DNA of 64,000 bases from a bacterium (GCA_021777565.1 JAJYDJ010000003.1:65001-129000), one strand, 5' to 3'. Positions 49,900 to 60,739 are shown, counted from the first letter of the stretch. The notes: generated from the sequence alone by a model not told the origin. Program-made: numbers and translations.

Positions 49900-51075
49900 C
49901 TATTTTTTCTTCAAATGTTGGGTCTTCCAAATAAACTTATTATAGATAATGTAATTCATTGGAATGACGACCAAGATAATTGTTGGGAAGAGAATAAGGA
50001 TTCGTGTTGCAACAGAGTAGCCCAATAGATGCATTTGTACTCCAAAAACTTGTTCAGCAATCCATACCGCAACCACTTGCACCACCACTGCTCCTATGGA
50101 AGTAAAGTTGAACTTCACCAGTTTGACGAAAACATTGGAACTCCCCTCTGTATGTTGTGCATCTGAGAATGTCCACACATGATTCCATAAAAAATTAGAG
50201 AGAATCGCTGTCTCAGCACCAATTCCTACTGCCCATGCATGAGGTGCATGTAAGGCAACTGATCCTTCCTGTGCTACAAGCTGGACGATAAACCCCGTAC
50301 CTCCGACAACTAAAAATTTAATAATACGTTCCCAATCTCTCCAGGCAAGCATGCACACGACATACAAAGACTCAAATTGCTCTGTTTTATTGATTTTACT
50401 GACTCCAACTTCCCTTTCAAGGAAATTGACAGGAATCTCTTTCACCTTAGCTCCTGCTTTGTATGCATCATGAAGGATCTGCATTTTGTAGGCAAATTGC
50501 TTGGAAAGCATATGATCCAAATCAATTTTTTTAAGTATCGATGTTCTTGTCAGCTTAAGACCAGCAGTAATGTCATGAATATCAAATTTGAGCCACATAA
50601 TGCGAGCAAACATGCCACCAAACCGACTGAGGATCTTTCTATCTAGACCCCAGTTCTCAGGGACCGAACCACCTTTGACGTACCTACTCCCAATAACATA
50701 ATCATAGCCTTTGTCCATCTCTGCAATTAGTCGAGGGATATCATGCGGGTTATGCTGAAAATCACAGTCAAATTCAATGACTGCATAGGCATCCATTTCA
50801 TTCATGGCATGCTTCATCGCACGAACATATGCAGCACCGAGTCCTTCTTTCTTCCCCATCAAAAGCTCAATGTTTTTGAACTTTTTCATTTTTTCTTTAA
50901 TAATATCTGCAGTACCATCAGGGGAGGTATCATCAGCGAAAAGAATAACCATTTCATGGTTGGTTATCTGGGGAAAGATTTCATCTTCAAGTACATCGAC
51001 CATACGACCGACATTTTCTTTTTCATTATACGTAGGAATGATAACTACTACTTTTGTTTTTTCTTCTTTCACCAT
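49900..51075 (-). CDS. Polyprenol-phosphate glycosyltransferase (GT2) fused to GtrA domain
   Basis: IPTYNEKEN, DDTSPDGT, DCDFQH, GSRY; C-terminal KFLVVG...NFLWNHVWTF. Confidence 0.9.
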   Translation of the reverse strand: MVKEEKTKVVVIIPTYNEKENVGRMVDVLEDEIFPQITNHEMVILFADDTSPDGTADIIKEKMKKFKNIELLMGKKEGLGAAYVRAMKHAMNEMDAYAVIEFDCDFQHNPHDIPRLIAEMDKGYDYVIGSRYVKGGSVPENWGLDRKILSRFGGMFARIMWLKFDIHDITAGLKLTRTSILKKIDLDHMLSKQFAYKMQILHDAYKAGAKVKEIPVNFLEREVGVSKINKTEQFESLYVVCMLAWRDWERIIKFLVVGGTGFIVQLVAQEGSVALHAPHAWAVGIGAETAILSNFLWNHVWTFSDAQHTEGSSNVFVKLVKFNFTSIGAVVVQVVAVWIAEQVFGVQMHLLGYSVATRILILFPTIILVVIPMNYIIYNKFIWKTQHLKKK

Positions 51076-51107
51076 ATAAAAAGTATATCAGGATTTTTAT
51101 CAAGTTA

Positions 51108-52517
51108 CTATTCTTTTGTCCCTCGCATGTAAATAGCTTGCCATGGTCGATAATTACTCACAAATGTATCCTGGGCCAATACATCATTTCCTCGTGTCAC
51201 GGTACGTGAGAAGCTCACGTGAGCACCCCACGCAGAGAAATCCACCTGTTTAAGAACGCCTTTTGCAAGGGTTGGGTCATCAACATACAAATCTGGGGGT
51301 GGTGGTGCCTGTCCTGTTACCACGGGGGTTGTCATAGAGACTTTTCTGCCATCACTTGTTCCATACATATCAAACGTAAGGCGCATATTTGTTGTATCTG
51401 CAGTTGCTTGAATAAGAATCCAGTGGCCGGTATTATTGGTGAATTTAAGGTCAACGGTAGGCACATTGACTGCCGCATCGATTCCAGGTGGCCCATCTTC
51501 CTCATAATACCCAACTCGATAGTCATGTGGATGGCGTTCATTAATCGGAAGTCCTGCATCAAGTGCCGCACGGAAAAGTGTGGTTGAGACCTGACATACG
51601 CCCCCTCCATCACCCAAAATTGTTCTTCCTCCCGAGATTACATATGCTTGCTGATATCCCGTTTGTGCTGAAATATCACCCACTGTCTTTGCAAAAGAGA
51701 ACTCCTCACCAGGAGCGATGAGCACACCATTCAGCTTACTCGTCGCTAGAGAGATATTGTAAATGCGATTAGGAATTGAGTGGTAATACAGAGAAGTGCC
51801 ATGGCCAATGAGTTCTTTAATACCAAGGTTATTTGCGCCATCCGTGCTTACTCGCGGTTTAATCACTTTTACTGGAATATCAATGTGTATTGGTTCTGTG
51901 CTTTTCATCATGAGCCTCCCTACTAACTGATTCTCAAGAGTTGTTCTCAGCGCATCAATATCCACATCCTGCCCATCTTTGGAAAGTTGGAAGGCAGTCA
52001 CTTTATTGTTGCTAAAGGTAAACAGTCCATCCACAGGATCTTTTTTTACCGTCGCAGAGAAGGACGCAACGATATCCCGCAGCGCATCGTCACTATAGCT
52101 ATAGGAAGCTGGTAGGTTAATACCGTACATATAACTTCCGACAATCTGTGAGATATTAGAGACAAGCGATGGAGAGCGTCCAAGGACATATGCTTGATCA
52201 GCCAACAAGTCAGCATTGTAGCCAAACTGAAGTTGCTGAGCAGATACAGTAGCAACTTGATTCTGATATGAAAAAGTGATTTGGGTTTGGGCAATGGAGG
52301 TGTTTTGCCCTATGAGATACTCTTTTACTTGCTGCTGCGTTTTACCCCCAACATCATGACCTACGACATGAATACCTGGGTACACATAATTCCCATATAT
52401 TTGTTGAAAAATAATGATAATAAAGCTAAGTGAGAAGAAAAGACCTAGACTTGCTCCAACAATAAACCAGAATACACTTTTTCCTACATGCTTCGCTTTC
52501 TGTTTCATTGCCGACAT
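51108..52517 (-). CDS. VanW family protein with peptidoglycan-binding domain
   Basis: GGGVCQVSTTLFRAAL, DLKFTNNT. Confidence 0.9.
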   Translation of the reverse strand: MSAMKQKAKHVGKSVFWFIVGASLGLFFSLSFIIIIFQQIYGNYVYPGIHVVGHDVGGKTQQQVKEYLIGQNTSIAQTQITFSYQNQVATVSAQQLQFGYNADLLADQAYVLGRSPSLVSNISQIVGSYMYGINLPASYSYSDDALRDIVASFSATVKKDPVDGLFTFSNNKVTAFQLSKDGQDVDIDALRTTLENQLVGRLMMKSTEPIHIDIPVKVIKPRVSTDGANNLGIKELIGHGTSLYYHSIPNRIYNISLATSKLNGVLIAPGEEFSFAKTVGDISAQTGYQQAYVISGGRTILGDGGGVCQVSTTLFRAALDAGLPINERHPHDYRVGYYEEDGPPGIDAAVNVPTVDLKFTNNTGHWILIQATADTTNMRLTFDMYGTSDGRKVSMTTPVVTGQAPPPPDLYVDDPTLAKGVLKQVDFSAWGAHVSFSRTVTRGNDVLAQDTFVSNYRPWQAIYMRGTKE

Positions 52518-52545
52518 ACATTGTATAGTATATCATTATACGTAT

Positions 52546-54117
52546 ATGGATCCATTGCAAACAATGCCAGGGCAAACTACTCCATCAGTTCCACCAATTG
52601 ATTCTCTCAACCCTGTCCCACCAGCACCTGCAGATATGAATCCCCAGACTGCTCCGACTGTGCCTCCAACAAATCCTGCTGCGGCAACACCTCTCACCTC
52701 AACAGAGATTCCTTTATCCACACTGCCTCAAACATTTGGGGCTCAGTCGCCTTTCGCAAACAATCCAGCTGGTACGCCACCACCTGCCATGCCATCCCAT
52801 CCTATGCTTGAAGAAGAACATTCTGGGATGCCAATTTTCATTAAGATTGCAGCGGTTCTGTTGGTCGTCTTTGCTGTAATAGCACTGGTTTTATTCCTCT
52901 TTTCGATGAGAAAAGCAAGCAGCGATACACAAAAGGTAACACTTACCTACTGGGGGCTGTGGGAAGACAAGAGCGTGATGGCAAATGTATTAAATGATTT
53001 TACCAAACAACACCCGAATATCACTGTCGACTATATACAACAAGACCCAAAACAATATACAGAGAGACTTATTACCAGAATTCAGGGAGGCAATGGTCCT
53101 GATGTATTTAGATTCCACAACACATGGCTGCCATTTCTCCAGCCACTCATGACGCCTCTGAGTAAAGAAACTATTTCGCCGCAGGATTTCAATACCAATT
53201 ATTATCCGGTTATTCGTTCTGACTTGAGTAAAAATGGAGCCATTTATGGAGTTCCTCTTGAGATCGACACCTTGGCGATGTTTGTCAACACTGACCTTCT
53301 CAAGAAAGCCGGTGTATCAGTCCCTACGACCTGGAATGATTTTGTCACTGATGCGCGCACCCTTACTGTCGTAGATGCTAATGGCAAAATCCAAACGGCA
53401 GGGGCTGCTATAGGGACCTATGACAATGTCACCCACGCGCCAGACATTCTTTCCATGCTTTTTGTACAAAGTGGCGTTAACCCAATCAACTTCTCTCAAA
53501 ATGCACAGAATGCCGGAGACGCACTTTCTTTCTATACGTCATTTGCTCTTGGAAAGACTGCGGTCTGGGATAGTTCGCAAGAGCAGGCATGGAGTATGTT
53601 CGCCAAAGGTAAGGTTGCTATTTATTTCGGATACTCATGGGACGTGTTCCAAATTAAAGCAGTTAACCCCACCTTGCCATTTGCAGTATATCCAGTCCCA
53701 CACTTACCGGGTAGCAAAGCAACCATTGCGAGTTATTGGGCAGAAGGCATTTCAAACAAAAGTACTCATCAACAAGAAGCACAATTACTTTTGGCATATC
53801 TCAGTAAGAAAGAGACACTGCAAAAGTTGTACACGGAAGAGTCAAAGGTTCGTCTTTTTGGGGAGCCATATCCACGAATTGATTTAGCAAGTACAGTGAA
53901 GGACAATCCTTATATTGCTCCTTTCCTCGCTGCTGCACCAGATGCAGTATCTTCCTACTTCGTTGGCAACACCTATGACTCGGCTGTGAACATTCCATTG
54001 GATAATTACCTCGGAGATGCAGTGAGATCAGTGCTCAGTAACACCTCAGCTCAGACAGCCATTACGACCCTCTCACAAGGGACTGCCCAAGTCCTTTCAA
54101 GATATGGCATTAAGTAG
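52546..54117 (+). CDS. Sugar-type extracellular solute-binding protein with Pro-rich N-terminus
   Basis: TM, LTYWGLWE, GPDVF, YGVPL, PTTWNDF. Confidence 0.85.
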   Translation: MDPLQTMPGQTTPSVPPIDSLNPVPPAPADMNPQTAPTVPPTNPAAATPLTSTEIPLSTLPQTFGAQSPFANNPAGTPPPAMPSHPMLEEEHSGMPIFIKIAAVLLVVFAVIALVLFLFSMRKASSDTQKVTLTYWGLWEDKSVMANVLNDFTKQHPNITVDYIQQDPKQYTERLITRIQGGNGPDVFRFHNTWLPFLQPLMTPLSKETISPQDFNTNYYPVIRSDLSKNGAIYGVPLEIDTLAMFVNTDLLKKAGVSVPTTWNDFVTDARTLTVVDANGKIQTAGAAIGTYDNVTHAPDILSMLFVQSGVNPINFSQNAQNAGDALSFYTSFALGKTAVWDSSQEQAWSMFAKGKVAIYFGYSWDVFQIKAVNPTLPFAVYPVPHLPGSKATIASYWAEGISNKSTHQQEAQLLLAYLSKKETLQKLYTEESKVRLFGEPYPRIDLASTVKDNPYIAPFLAAAPDAVSSYFVGNTYDSAVNIPLDNYLGDAVRSVLSNTSAQTAITTLSQGTAQVLSRYGIK

Positions 54118-54982
54118 TCTTGAGTCTTCCATCCTTGCAACAGTAGCCTATGCAGATGTGTTTTCATTTCCACTATCTGAGGCTGAGCTCTGGTACTATT
54201 TCTATCCAGTCCAAGCCTGCAGGCTGAATAAAACACTTTTCCGCCAGTCTCTCACTCATTTGATCGAAAGAAAATATCTACGCCAAGAATCTGGATACAT
54301 CACGTTCTATAATCAGACTAAATCGCTGGTCAATCGAGAGAAATCAGAAAAATATACGCAAGCAAAAGTGTCTTTTTCGAAATTTTATGCATCCATTCTT
54401 TTTTGCATCCCCTCCATTTTATTCATTGGTATCTCTGGATCTGTGGCTGCACATAATGCAGTGCGAGATGATGATATTGATTTCATTATTATTTGTGAAC
54501 AAGGGACGATTTGGGCGACACGTTTCCTAGTATATTTTGTACTCAAATTACTCAACTCAAAGAGAAAAAGAAACGAAGACAATCCAAACAACAAAATTTG
54601 CACAAATTTTTTTATCACTAATCGATCACTTTCTATGTCCAAAAATAGACGAAATATTTACACAGCTCATGAAATAGCTAATATACTCCCCCTATTTGAT
54701 CGCAATAATACCTATCAGCAATTTTGGGCTAACAATGCATGGGTACACGAATTCCTTCCTCATGTAAAAAATGTCGTCATAGAAACCGACCGGAGACGAA
54801 ACGCTACAACACGTGCCCTCTTACGTCTTCTTAACCCAATTGTGAAATACCCTCAGATTTGGTACATGCATCCACACCTTACGAACGAAACGATAACTGA
54901 TGATATGCTAGCGTTTCATCCTCGTGACGCAATGTCTGATACATTGAAAGCCTTCAACAAGATACTCACCCAATTGCATTGA
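54104..54982 (+). CDS. Nucleotidyltransferase-like hypothetical protein
   Basis: ISGSVA...DDDIDF (GS...DxD); N-terminal Y.D.F.FPL. Confidence 0.65.
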   Translation: MALSSLESSILATVAYADVFSFPLSEAELWYYFYPVQACRLNKTLFRQSLTHLIERKYLRQESGYITFYNQTKSLVNREKSEKYTQAKVSFSKFYASILFCIPSILFIGISGSVAAHNAVRDDDIDFIIICEQGTIWATRFLVYFVLKLLNSKRKRNEDNPNNKICTNFFITNRSLSMSKNRRNIYTAHEIANILPLFDRNNTYQQFWANNAWVHEFLPHVKNVVIETDRRRNATTRALLRLLNPIVKYPQIWYMHPHLTNETITDDMLAFHPRDAMSDTLKAFNKILTQLH

Positions 54983-55091
54983 CTGCAGACTGTATTGTGA
55001 CATAGACCACATATATTGTGGTCGGCAAAACAACAACAATTATTCTATTTAGGTTGATATGACAGCACAAACCCACAATTACTAGAGGTTA

Positions 55092-55168
55092 TTGACAAAT
55101 CCTGATAAGTTGTCTAACATGCGTTAAGTAACTTCCCAGACCTAGTGTGTTGGGAATTTATTTTTTTT
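55092..55168 (+). promoter_or_regulatory. greA promoter plus leader terminator-like hairpin
   Basis: TTGACA-17 bp-TAACAT; stem TTCCCAG(55133-39)/TTGGGAA(55150-56) followed by TTTATTTTTTTT. Confidence 0.6.
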
Positions 55169-55639
55169 ATGCAACCTAAGAAAATTTATGTAACAAAAGA
55201 AGGACTCGCAGACCTGCAAAAGGAATACGATGACTTAACTAAGAAAAAGCGCCCAGAACTTCTGGAAGCTCTTTCAAGTGCTCGTGCAGAAGGCGATCTC
55301 TCTGAGAACGCTGAGTACCAAGCTGCTAAGCAGGACCTCGCATTCATTGATGGTCGCATTGATGAACTCGAAGAGATGCTCAAGCAGGCTGAAATTATTG
55401 TAGAAGACAAGAAGAGTGGCAACAAAGTTGTAGAGCTTGGTTCTGAGGTAACAGTAAAAATTGGTGCAAAAGAGCATGTGTACAAACTCGTTGGGGAATG
55501 GGAAGCAGCTCCTGCAGAAAAAAAGATTTCACATGAATCTCCTCTGGGGAAGGCTCTCCTTGGCAAAGTAGTTGGCGATACTATCGAAGTAGATGCGCCA
55601 GCAGGAAAAGTGGCATACACTATCGTTGCTATTGCATAA
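55169..55639 (+). CDS. greA: Transcription elongation factor GreA
   Basis: GDLSENAEY, ISHESPLGKALLG. Confidence 0.96.
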   Translation: MQPKKIYVTKEGLADLQKEYDDLTKKKRPELLEALSSARAEGDLSENAEYQAAKQDLAFIDGRIDELEEMLKQAEIIVEDKKSGNKVVELGSEVTVKIGAKEHVYKLVGEWEAAPAEKKISHESPLGKALLGKVVGDTIEVDAPAGKVAYTIVAIA

Positions 55640-55668
55640 ACTCTCCTCCTATCGCGTATCATACAGAT

Positions 55669-57411
55669 ATGCAGTCACCAACCCTTCTCAAAAATCTCAA
55701 TGATTTGAAGATAACGCCAAATCTTACTGAGTACGTATCTCAAAGCCAACCGCAATGGGACAGTCTCGCGAAAGACATCCCATCCTTCTCTGAGGGGATA
55801 AAACATATTACCTATCACTGTCTAGACTTTCACCTGATGCAAAGCACGAAGGATAAGGAGGCACTGCTTTTCTGGAATAAAGAAGATATGAAGGAAAGCT
55901 ATACGTATGCCGATCTCGCAACACTCTCAAACAAATTTGCACACGTGCTATCCACGCAAGAAGTAGTGAAAGGCGATAGAGTATGTATTTTTCTTCCAAC
56001 GATTCCAGAGCGTCTCGTGACCTTCCTTGGGACACTCAGAACAGGTGCTATCGTACTCCCACTTTTTGCCGCGTTTCAAGAGATGGCACTTCTTGACAGG
56101 CTGAAAGATAGTGAAGCGAAAGTCGTTGTCACAACACATGAGTTATATCCTCGCATCCACAAAATCATGCACAATCTCCCACATCTCAAGAAAATTATTA
56201 TTATCCAGAGAGGCTCTTTTGAGATGCCAACTGGGGATCAGATTGTATCCTACAACGAATATATGGCAGAGGCGCCAGATGTCTATATCTCTCCCGAGAT
56301 TTTACCCACTGATCCGGCATTTATGCTCTATACGTCCGGGACCACTGGCAAGCCAAAAGGTATTATACACACACACAAAGATGTGATCGGGGCAGCGGTG
56401 ACAAGTAAGTATGTTCTTGACCTGCATGAGGATGATATCTACTGGTGCACTGCGGACCTTGGATGGGTCACAGGAGTTGTGTACGGAGTTATTGGGCCCC
56501 TCACACTGGGTGTGACGACTGTGGGCTACGAAGGGAGATTCTCTGCAACCAATTGGTATAGTGTCCTGGAGAAAAGTAATGTCAGTGTCTGGTATACCGC
56601 ACCAACTGCTATTCGCATGCTTATGGGGTCAGAGACCACTCCAAGCGACTATCACTTCCCTGCACTACGTCTTCTGGCAAGTGTTGGTGAGCCACTTAAT
56701 CCTGAAGGCATTTGGTGGGGGCTTGAGAAGTTTGGCCTCCCTTTTCACGATACATGGTGGCAAACAGAGTTAGGGTGTATCTGTATCACCAATTTCGCCT
56801 CTATGGACATCAAACCAGGCTCCATGGGCAAACCTTTCCCAGGCATCAAAGCAGCCATTCTCGATGATGACGGAGAAGTACTTCCCACAGGACAGGAGGG
56901 CATGCTTGCTCTGGATAAGACAACTATTCAGCCACTTATGGATGCTATTTGGAAAAATTCTGAGAAGTACCAGTCTTACTTCCATAACAATTGGTATCTG
57001 TCCGGGGACAGAGCCTATCAAGATGAAGACGGATATTTCTGGTTTGTGGGACGAGCGGACGATATTATTAACACGAGCGGAGAACGCGTTGGGCCTTTTG
57101 AAGTTGAGAGCGCGCTGGTTGCACATCCTGATGTCGTAGAAGCAGGTGTTATCGGATATCCTGATGAACTGCGTGGAGAGATTGTGATGGCATGTGTTGT
57201 TCTTAAGCCAAATATCACCCCATCAGATGAGTTGATAAAAGACATTGAAATATTTGTGAAGCAACATCTTTCAGGGTATGCATACCCAAGAAAAATAGTA
57301 TTTGTTGATAAACTTCCAAAAACACGCAGTGGCAAAATCATGAGACGAGTACTCAAGGCTCGTGTACTAGGACTTCCTGAGGGAGATACTTCTACGCTTG
57401 AGGAGTATTAA
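55669..57411 (+). CDS. acs: Acetate-CoA ligase (AMP-forming)
   Basis: YTSGTTGKPKG, WCTADLGWVTG, SVGEPL, DTWWQTE, PKTRSGKIMRR. Confidence 0.92.
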   Translation: MQSPTLLKNLNDLKITPNLTEYVSQSQPQWDSLAKDIPSFSEGIKHITYHCLDFHLMQSTKDKEALLFWNKEDMKESYTYADLATLSNKFAHVLSTQEVVKGDRVCIFLPTIPERLVTFLGTLRTGAIVLPLFAAFQEMALLDRLKDSEAKVVVTTHELYPRIHKIMHNLPHLKKIIIIQRGSFEMPTGDQIVSYNEYMAEAPDVYISPEILPTDPAFMLYTSGTTGKPKGIIHTHKDVIGAAVTSKYVLDLHEDDIYWCTADLGWVTGVVYGVIGPLTLGVTTVGYEGRFSATNWYSVLEKSNVSVWYTAPTAIRMLMGSETTPSDYHFPALRLLASVGEPLNPEGIWWGLEKFGLPFHDTWWQTELGCICITNFASMDIKPGSMGKPFPGIKAAILDDDGEVLPTGQEGMLALDKTTIQPLMDAIWKNSEKYQSYFHNNWYLSGDRAYQDEDGYFWFVGRADDIINTSGERVGPFEVESALVAHPDVVEAGVIGYPDELRGEIVMACVVLKPNITPSDELIKDIEIFVKQHLSGYAYPRKIVFVDKLPKTRSGKIMRRVLKARVLGLPEGDTSTLEEY

Positions 57412-57437
57412 GGCCATCTGGTACACTAGGTACTGGT

Positions 57438-58601
57438 ATGGCACGTAAAAAAATTACTGAGTTTCGCGCAAAGTCTCTTTTGATCCCCAATTATCAGGGC
57501 ATACGAATCACTCCTGACAGCGATATTTCTAAGGAAGTCGCCAAACTCCAGGATACCCAGACGTATGTCGTGAAGATCGATCACGGAGTGAAAAAACGCA
57601 TGAAACAAGGGCTTATTCTTCTAGATATAAAAAGGGATGCAGTACCAGATGCCATTGAGACATTGAAAGCAAAAGGATATACGAACTTTCTCATTGAACC
57701 ATTCCTTCGCTATAACCCCACAGAAGAAAGATATCTCAGTTTGCAGCGAGTGAGAGACGGGATCATGATCCTTTATGCGCCACAAGGTGGTATCGAGATA
57801 GAGGATCGCCCAGAAAGTCTTATCGCAGAGACTATCCATGCTCCCCAAGAGCTCGCAGCATTCGCAGAGAAGACTGGCCTTACACCCTCACTTTTACAAA
57901 CTATCTATGAAGAATTTGAAGAAAATTACTATGCATTTTTTGAGATAAACCCACTAGTCCTTCATGATGGCAAGTTCCTTCCATTAGATATCGCCTGTGA
58001 AGTCGATGATGCGGCAGAACTTCTCGTCCATCACCGATGGAGTGCTGATGATTTTCCTATCATGACAGCAAAGACTGAAGAGGAAGAAAATATTGATATC
58101 CTTAAAACTAAAAGTGCTGCATCATTTTCATTTGTGCCACTTAATTTAAATGGTAGTATCTTTATGCTCCTCTCTGGAGGAGGAGTAAGTATTGTCCTTG
58201 CAGATGAAGTATATAATTTAGGATATGGAAAAGAATTGGCAAATTATGGAGAATACAGTGGAAATCCCAATGCAGAAGAGACATATTTATATACAAAAAA
58301 TGTATTACAACTTTTACTCAAATCAACCGCTACAAAAAAAGTTTTACTTATTGGCGGCGGGGTAGCAAATTTCACTGATATCGCCAAAACATTTACCGGA
58401 GTCATTCATGCGCTCAGTGAAGTAGCTGATCAGATGCAACAACAACATGTTACTGTATTTGTTCGTCGAGGAGGACCCAATCAGGCAGAAGGGCTTGCCA
58501 AGATGCATAATTTTCTACAAGAAAATAATTTACTTGGCGCCGTGTGTGGACCAGACACACCGCTACCAGATATCGTTGCCCAAATGGTCAAAACAATATG
58601 A
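57438..58601 (+). CDS. aclB: ATP citrate lyase beta subunit (ATP-grasp plus citrate-binding)
   Basis: KKRMKQGL, FFEINPL, GGGVS, LANYGEYSGNP, GGGVANFTD, VRRGGPN. Confidence 0.9.
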   Translation: MARKKITEFRAKSLLIPNYQGIRITPDSDISKEVAKLQDTQTYVVKIDHGVKKRMKQGLILLDIKRDAVPDAIETLKAKGYTNFLIEPFLRYNPTEERYLSLQRVRDGIMILYAPQGGIEIEDRPESLIAETIHAPQELAAFAEKTGLTPSLLQTIYEEFEENYYAFFEINPLVLHDGKFLPLDIACEVDDAAELLVHHRWSADDFPIMTAKTEEEENIDILKTKSAASFSFVPLNLNGSIFMLLSGGGVSIVLADEVYNLGYGKELANYGEYSGNPNAEETYLYTKNVLQLLLKSTATKKVLLIGGGVANFTDIAKTFTGVIHALSEVADQMQQQHVTVFVRRGGPNQAEGLAKMHNFLQENNLLGAVCGPDTPLPDIVAQMVKTI

Positions 58602-60382
58602 TCGATATACAAACATTACGAAATACTCCTCACACGATTATTGCAATTGGGACGTACCCTGCGATTATCCAAGCCATGATTGATTTCGATTTTCTCTCAG
58701 GCAAAGATAAACCAAGTATTGCTCTTATCCTTGCAGAAGGACGTAACCACGAGCGGTACTTCTGGGGCAAAGAAGAAATTCTTATTCCTGTCGTTCATGA
58801 AGTCCATAGTATCCCAGATTCACTGCAAAAACAGATAACATTCTTTGTCAATTTTTCCTCAGGCAGACGAACCAAAGACACAACTCTTGAGATTCTTGAT
58901 GCACTTCCCGGGCTTATCGGCGGTGCACTTTTTGCAGAGAAAGTACCTGAGAAACATAGTCTTCGTATGTATGCACATGCCAAGAAGTTAGGAAAGTTCA
59001 TTGTCGGACCCGCAAGTATTGGGTTGTTACTCCCAGGGAGTGTAAAACTTGGAGCCATTGGAGGTACTGATGCACGGCAGCTTATCAGTGCTGACGTATT
59101 CCAGAGAGGATCTGTTGCTGTCCTTTCAGCATCAGGGGGCATGACAAATGAGCTTATTAATGCCGTCACCAGAAGTAACAAGCGCATCTCATTTTCTCTT
59201 GCCTTTGGTGGAGAAAGATTCCCCGTGACGACTCCAACCGAAGCGTTCTTGGCAGCAGAAAAAGATCTAGAGACCAAAACCATCATTTATTTTGGTGAAC
59301 TTGGCGGAAGCGATGAATACGATCTTGCACAACTCATGCAGTCTGGTAGTATTACCAAACCAATCCTCTGCTACATCGCAGGCAGCGTTGCTGAGATGTT
59401 TGATACTCCTCCACAGTTTGGTCACGCAAAGGCACTCGCTCAGTCCAAAGACGAAACCGCACGTGGGAAAAGAGACATGCTTGAAAAAGCCGGCGCACAG
59501 GTTGCAGAGTCTTTTACCGAGTTTCTTTCAATGATCAATGCGCTCCCTGTCGATCAATTTGAAGAAAAATCATATGCGCATGCCCTGCAACTTTTTGCGT
59601 CCCGACATGAGGCATTGATTACTTCTTCTATATCCGGCGATGCCAACGGCGTCACCGGATTGCTGCATGAAGATTTACTTTCTTTCGTGCAAAAGAGATC
59701 ATTTGCCGGAATTGTTTGTTCACTTTTCTTAGGAAGAAATGAGGTCTCACCTGAACTAGAAGAGTTTGTCGATTTTGTCCTGAGATTATTGGTTGATCAT
59801 GGACCAAATGTAAGTGGTGCTATGAATACGATCGTTACGGCTCGTGCAGGACGTGATATTGTTTCGTCTCTTGTTTCAGGACTGCTGACTATTGGTCCTC
59901 GTTTTGGTGGCGCTATCAATCAGGCTGCAGAAAACCTTTTATTAGGCGTCACCACCGGACAAGACGCCGCAGATTTTGTAGAATCATTTGCATCCACCAG
60001 ACAATACATTGCTGGCATTGGTCATAAAAAATATCGTAGTGATCTTCCTGATCCACGGGTAAAGGCACTGAAAGCATTTGGCGAGAAGTTGGAACAAAAA
60101 CGTTTCCTGCAATACGCACTCGCGATTGAAAAAATTACAACCCAAAAGAAAGGGAATCTTATTCTCAATGTTGATGGCGCAATTGCTGCAATACTCCTTG
60201 ATATCCTTTCTGAAAAAGAGCATTATAGTGATCAAGAATTACAAACTCTCGTTGAAAGTGAATTCTTCAATGCCTTCTTTATTCTTTCCCGATCGGTCGG
60301 ATTTTTGGCACATTTCCTTGATCAAAAGCGCATTGATGAGGGCATATTTAGGCTTCCTGATGATTTGATTCTTCACATCTAA
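58598..60382 (+). CDS. aclA: ATP citrate lyase alpha subunit
   Basis: GPASIG, SGGMTNE, GELGG, QFGHA phospho-His, DHGPNVSGA, GPRFGGA, GIGH, LNVDG; ATGA overlap with aclB. Confidence 0.92.
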   Translation: MIDIQTLRNTPHTIIAIGTYPAIIQAMIDFDFLSGKDKPSIALILAEGRNHERYFWGKEEILIPVVHEVHSIPDSLQKQITFFVNFSSGRRTKDTTLEILDALPGLIGGALFAEKVPEKHSLRMYAHAKKLGKFIVGPASIGLLLPGSVKLGAIGGTDARQLISADVFQRGSVAVLSASGGMTNELINAVTRSNKRISFSLAFGGERFPVTTPTEAFLAAEKDLETKTIIYFGELGGSDEYDLAQLMQSGSITKPILCYIAGSVAEMFDTPPQFGHAKALAQSKDETARGKRDMLEKAGAQVAESFTEFLSMINALPVDQFEEKSYAHALQLFASRHEALITSSISGDANGVTGLLHEDLLSFVQKRSFAGIVCSLFLGRNEVSPELEEFVDFVLRLLVDHGPNVSGAMNTIVTARAGRDIVSSLVSGLLTIGPRFGGAINQAAENLLLGVTTGQDAADFVESFASTRQYIAGIGHKKYRSDLPDPRVKALKAFGEKLEQKRFLQYALAIEKITTQKKGNLILNVDGAIAAILLDILSEKEHYSDQELQTLVESEFFNAFFILSRSVGFLAHFLDQKRIDEGIFRLPDDLILHI

Positions 60383-60383
60383 T

Positions 60384-60605
60384 TTATTTCTCAGCGAAAT
60401 TCACTTGATGTTTTCTTTGTAAAAGGTCGCGGGCTATAGATTGTAATTCCTTCACCATTTGGATTTGTACCTCACCTCGTACTTTTTCAATTTGAAACGT
60501 ATTGGCCGCGTAAAAAATGTGAAGTAATACTTCAACATCTTTCCCTTTGGCGATACGGTAGGTCGCTTTTTCAAACAAAAATGTATCAATATATGTTACC
60601 TTCAT
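60384..60605 (-). CDS. Hypothetical 73-aa protein
   Basis: SD GAGGTGA upstream; no recognised motif. Confidence 0.65.
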   Translation of the reverse strand: MKVTYIDTFLFEKATYRIAKGKDVEVLLHIFYAANTFQIEKVRGEVQIQMVKELQSIARDLLQRKHQVNFAEK

Positions 60606-60694
60606 GCGCTCTCACCTCACTTATTACAAAACAATTCTGCTTTGCAGGAAGGTTTATTCTTGAAGCTAAAAGAAGCGACGTTTCTGCAAACCAA

Positions 60695-60739
60695 CTATTT
60701 CAGTGGTTTGCGACAACAAGATAAATTGCAAAAATTCAT
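60695..60739 (-). CDS. Putative Cys-rich leader peptide MNFCNLSCCRKPLK
   Basis: Translated by hand; starts 6 nt after TTGTCA-17 bp-TATTAT; overlaps alternative hairpins. Confidence 0.5.
   Translation of the reverse strand: MNFCNLSCCRKPLK

Noticed and set aside
55005-55023. Palindrome GACCACA-tatat-TGTGGTC as an NrdR box
   Set aside because: The inverted repeat is real, but the spacing is one base short of the NrdR consensus and no nrd gene is adjacent; function unassigned.
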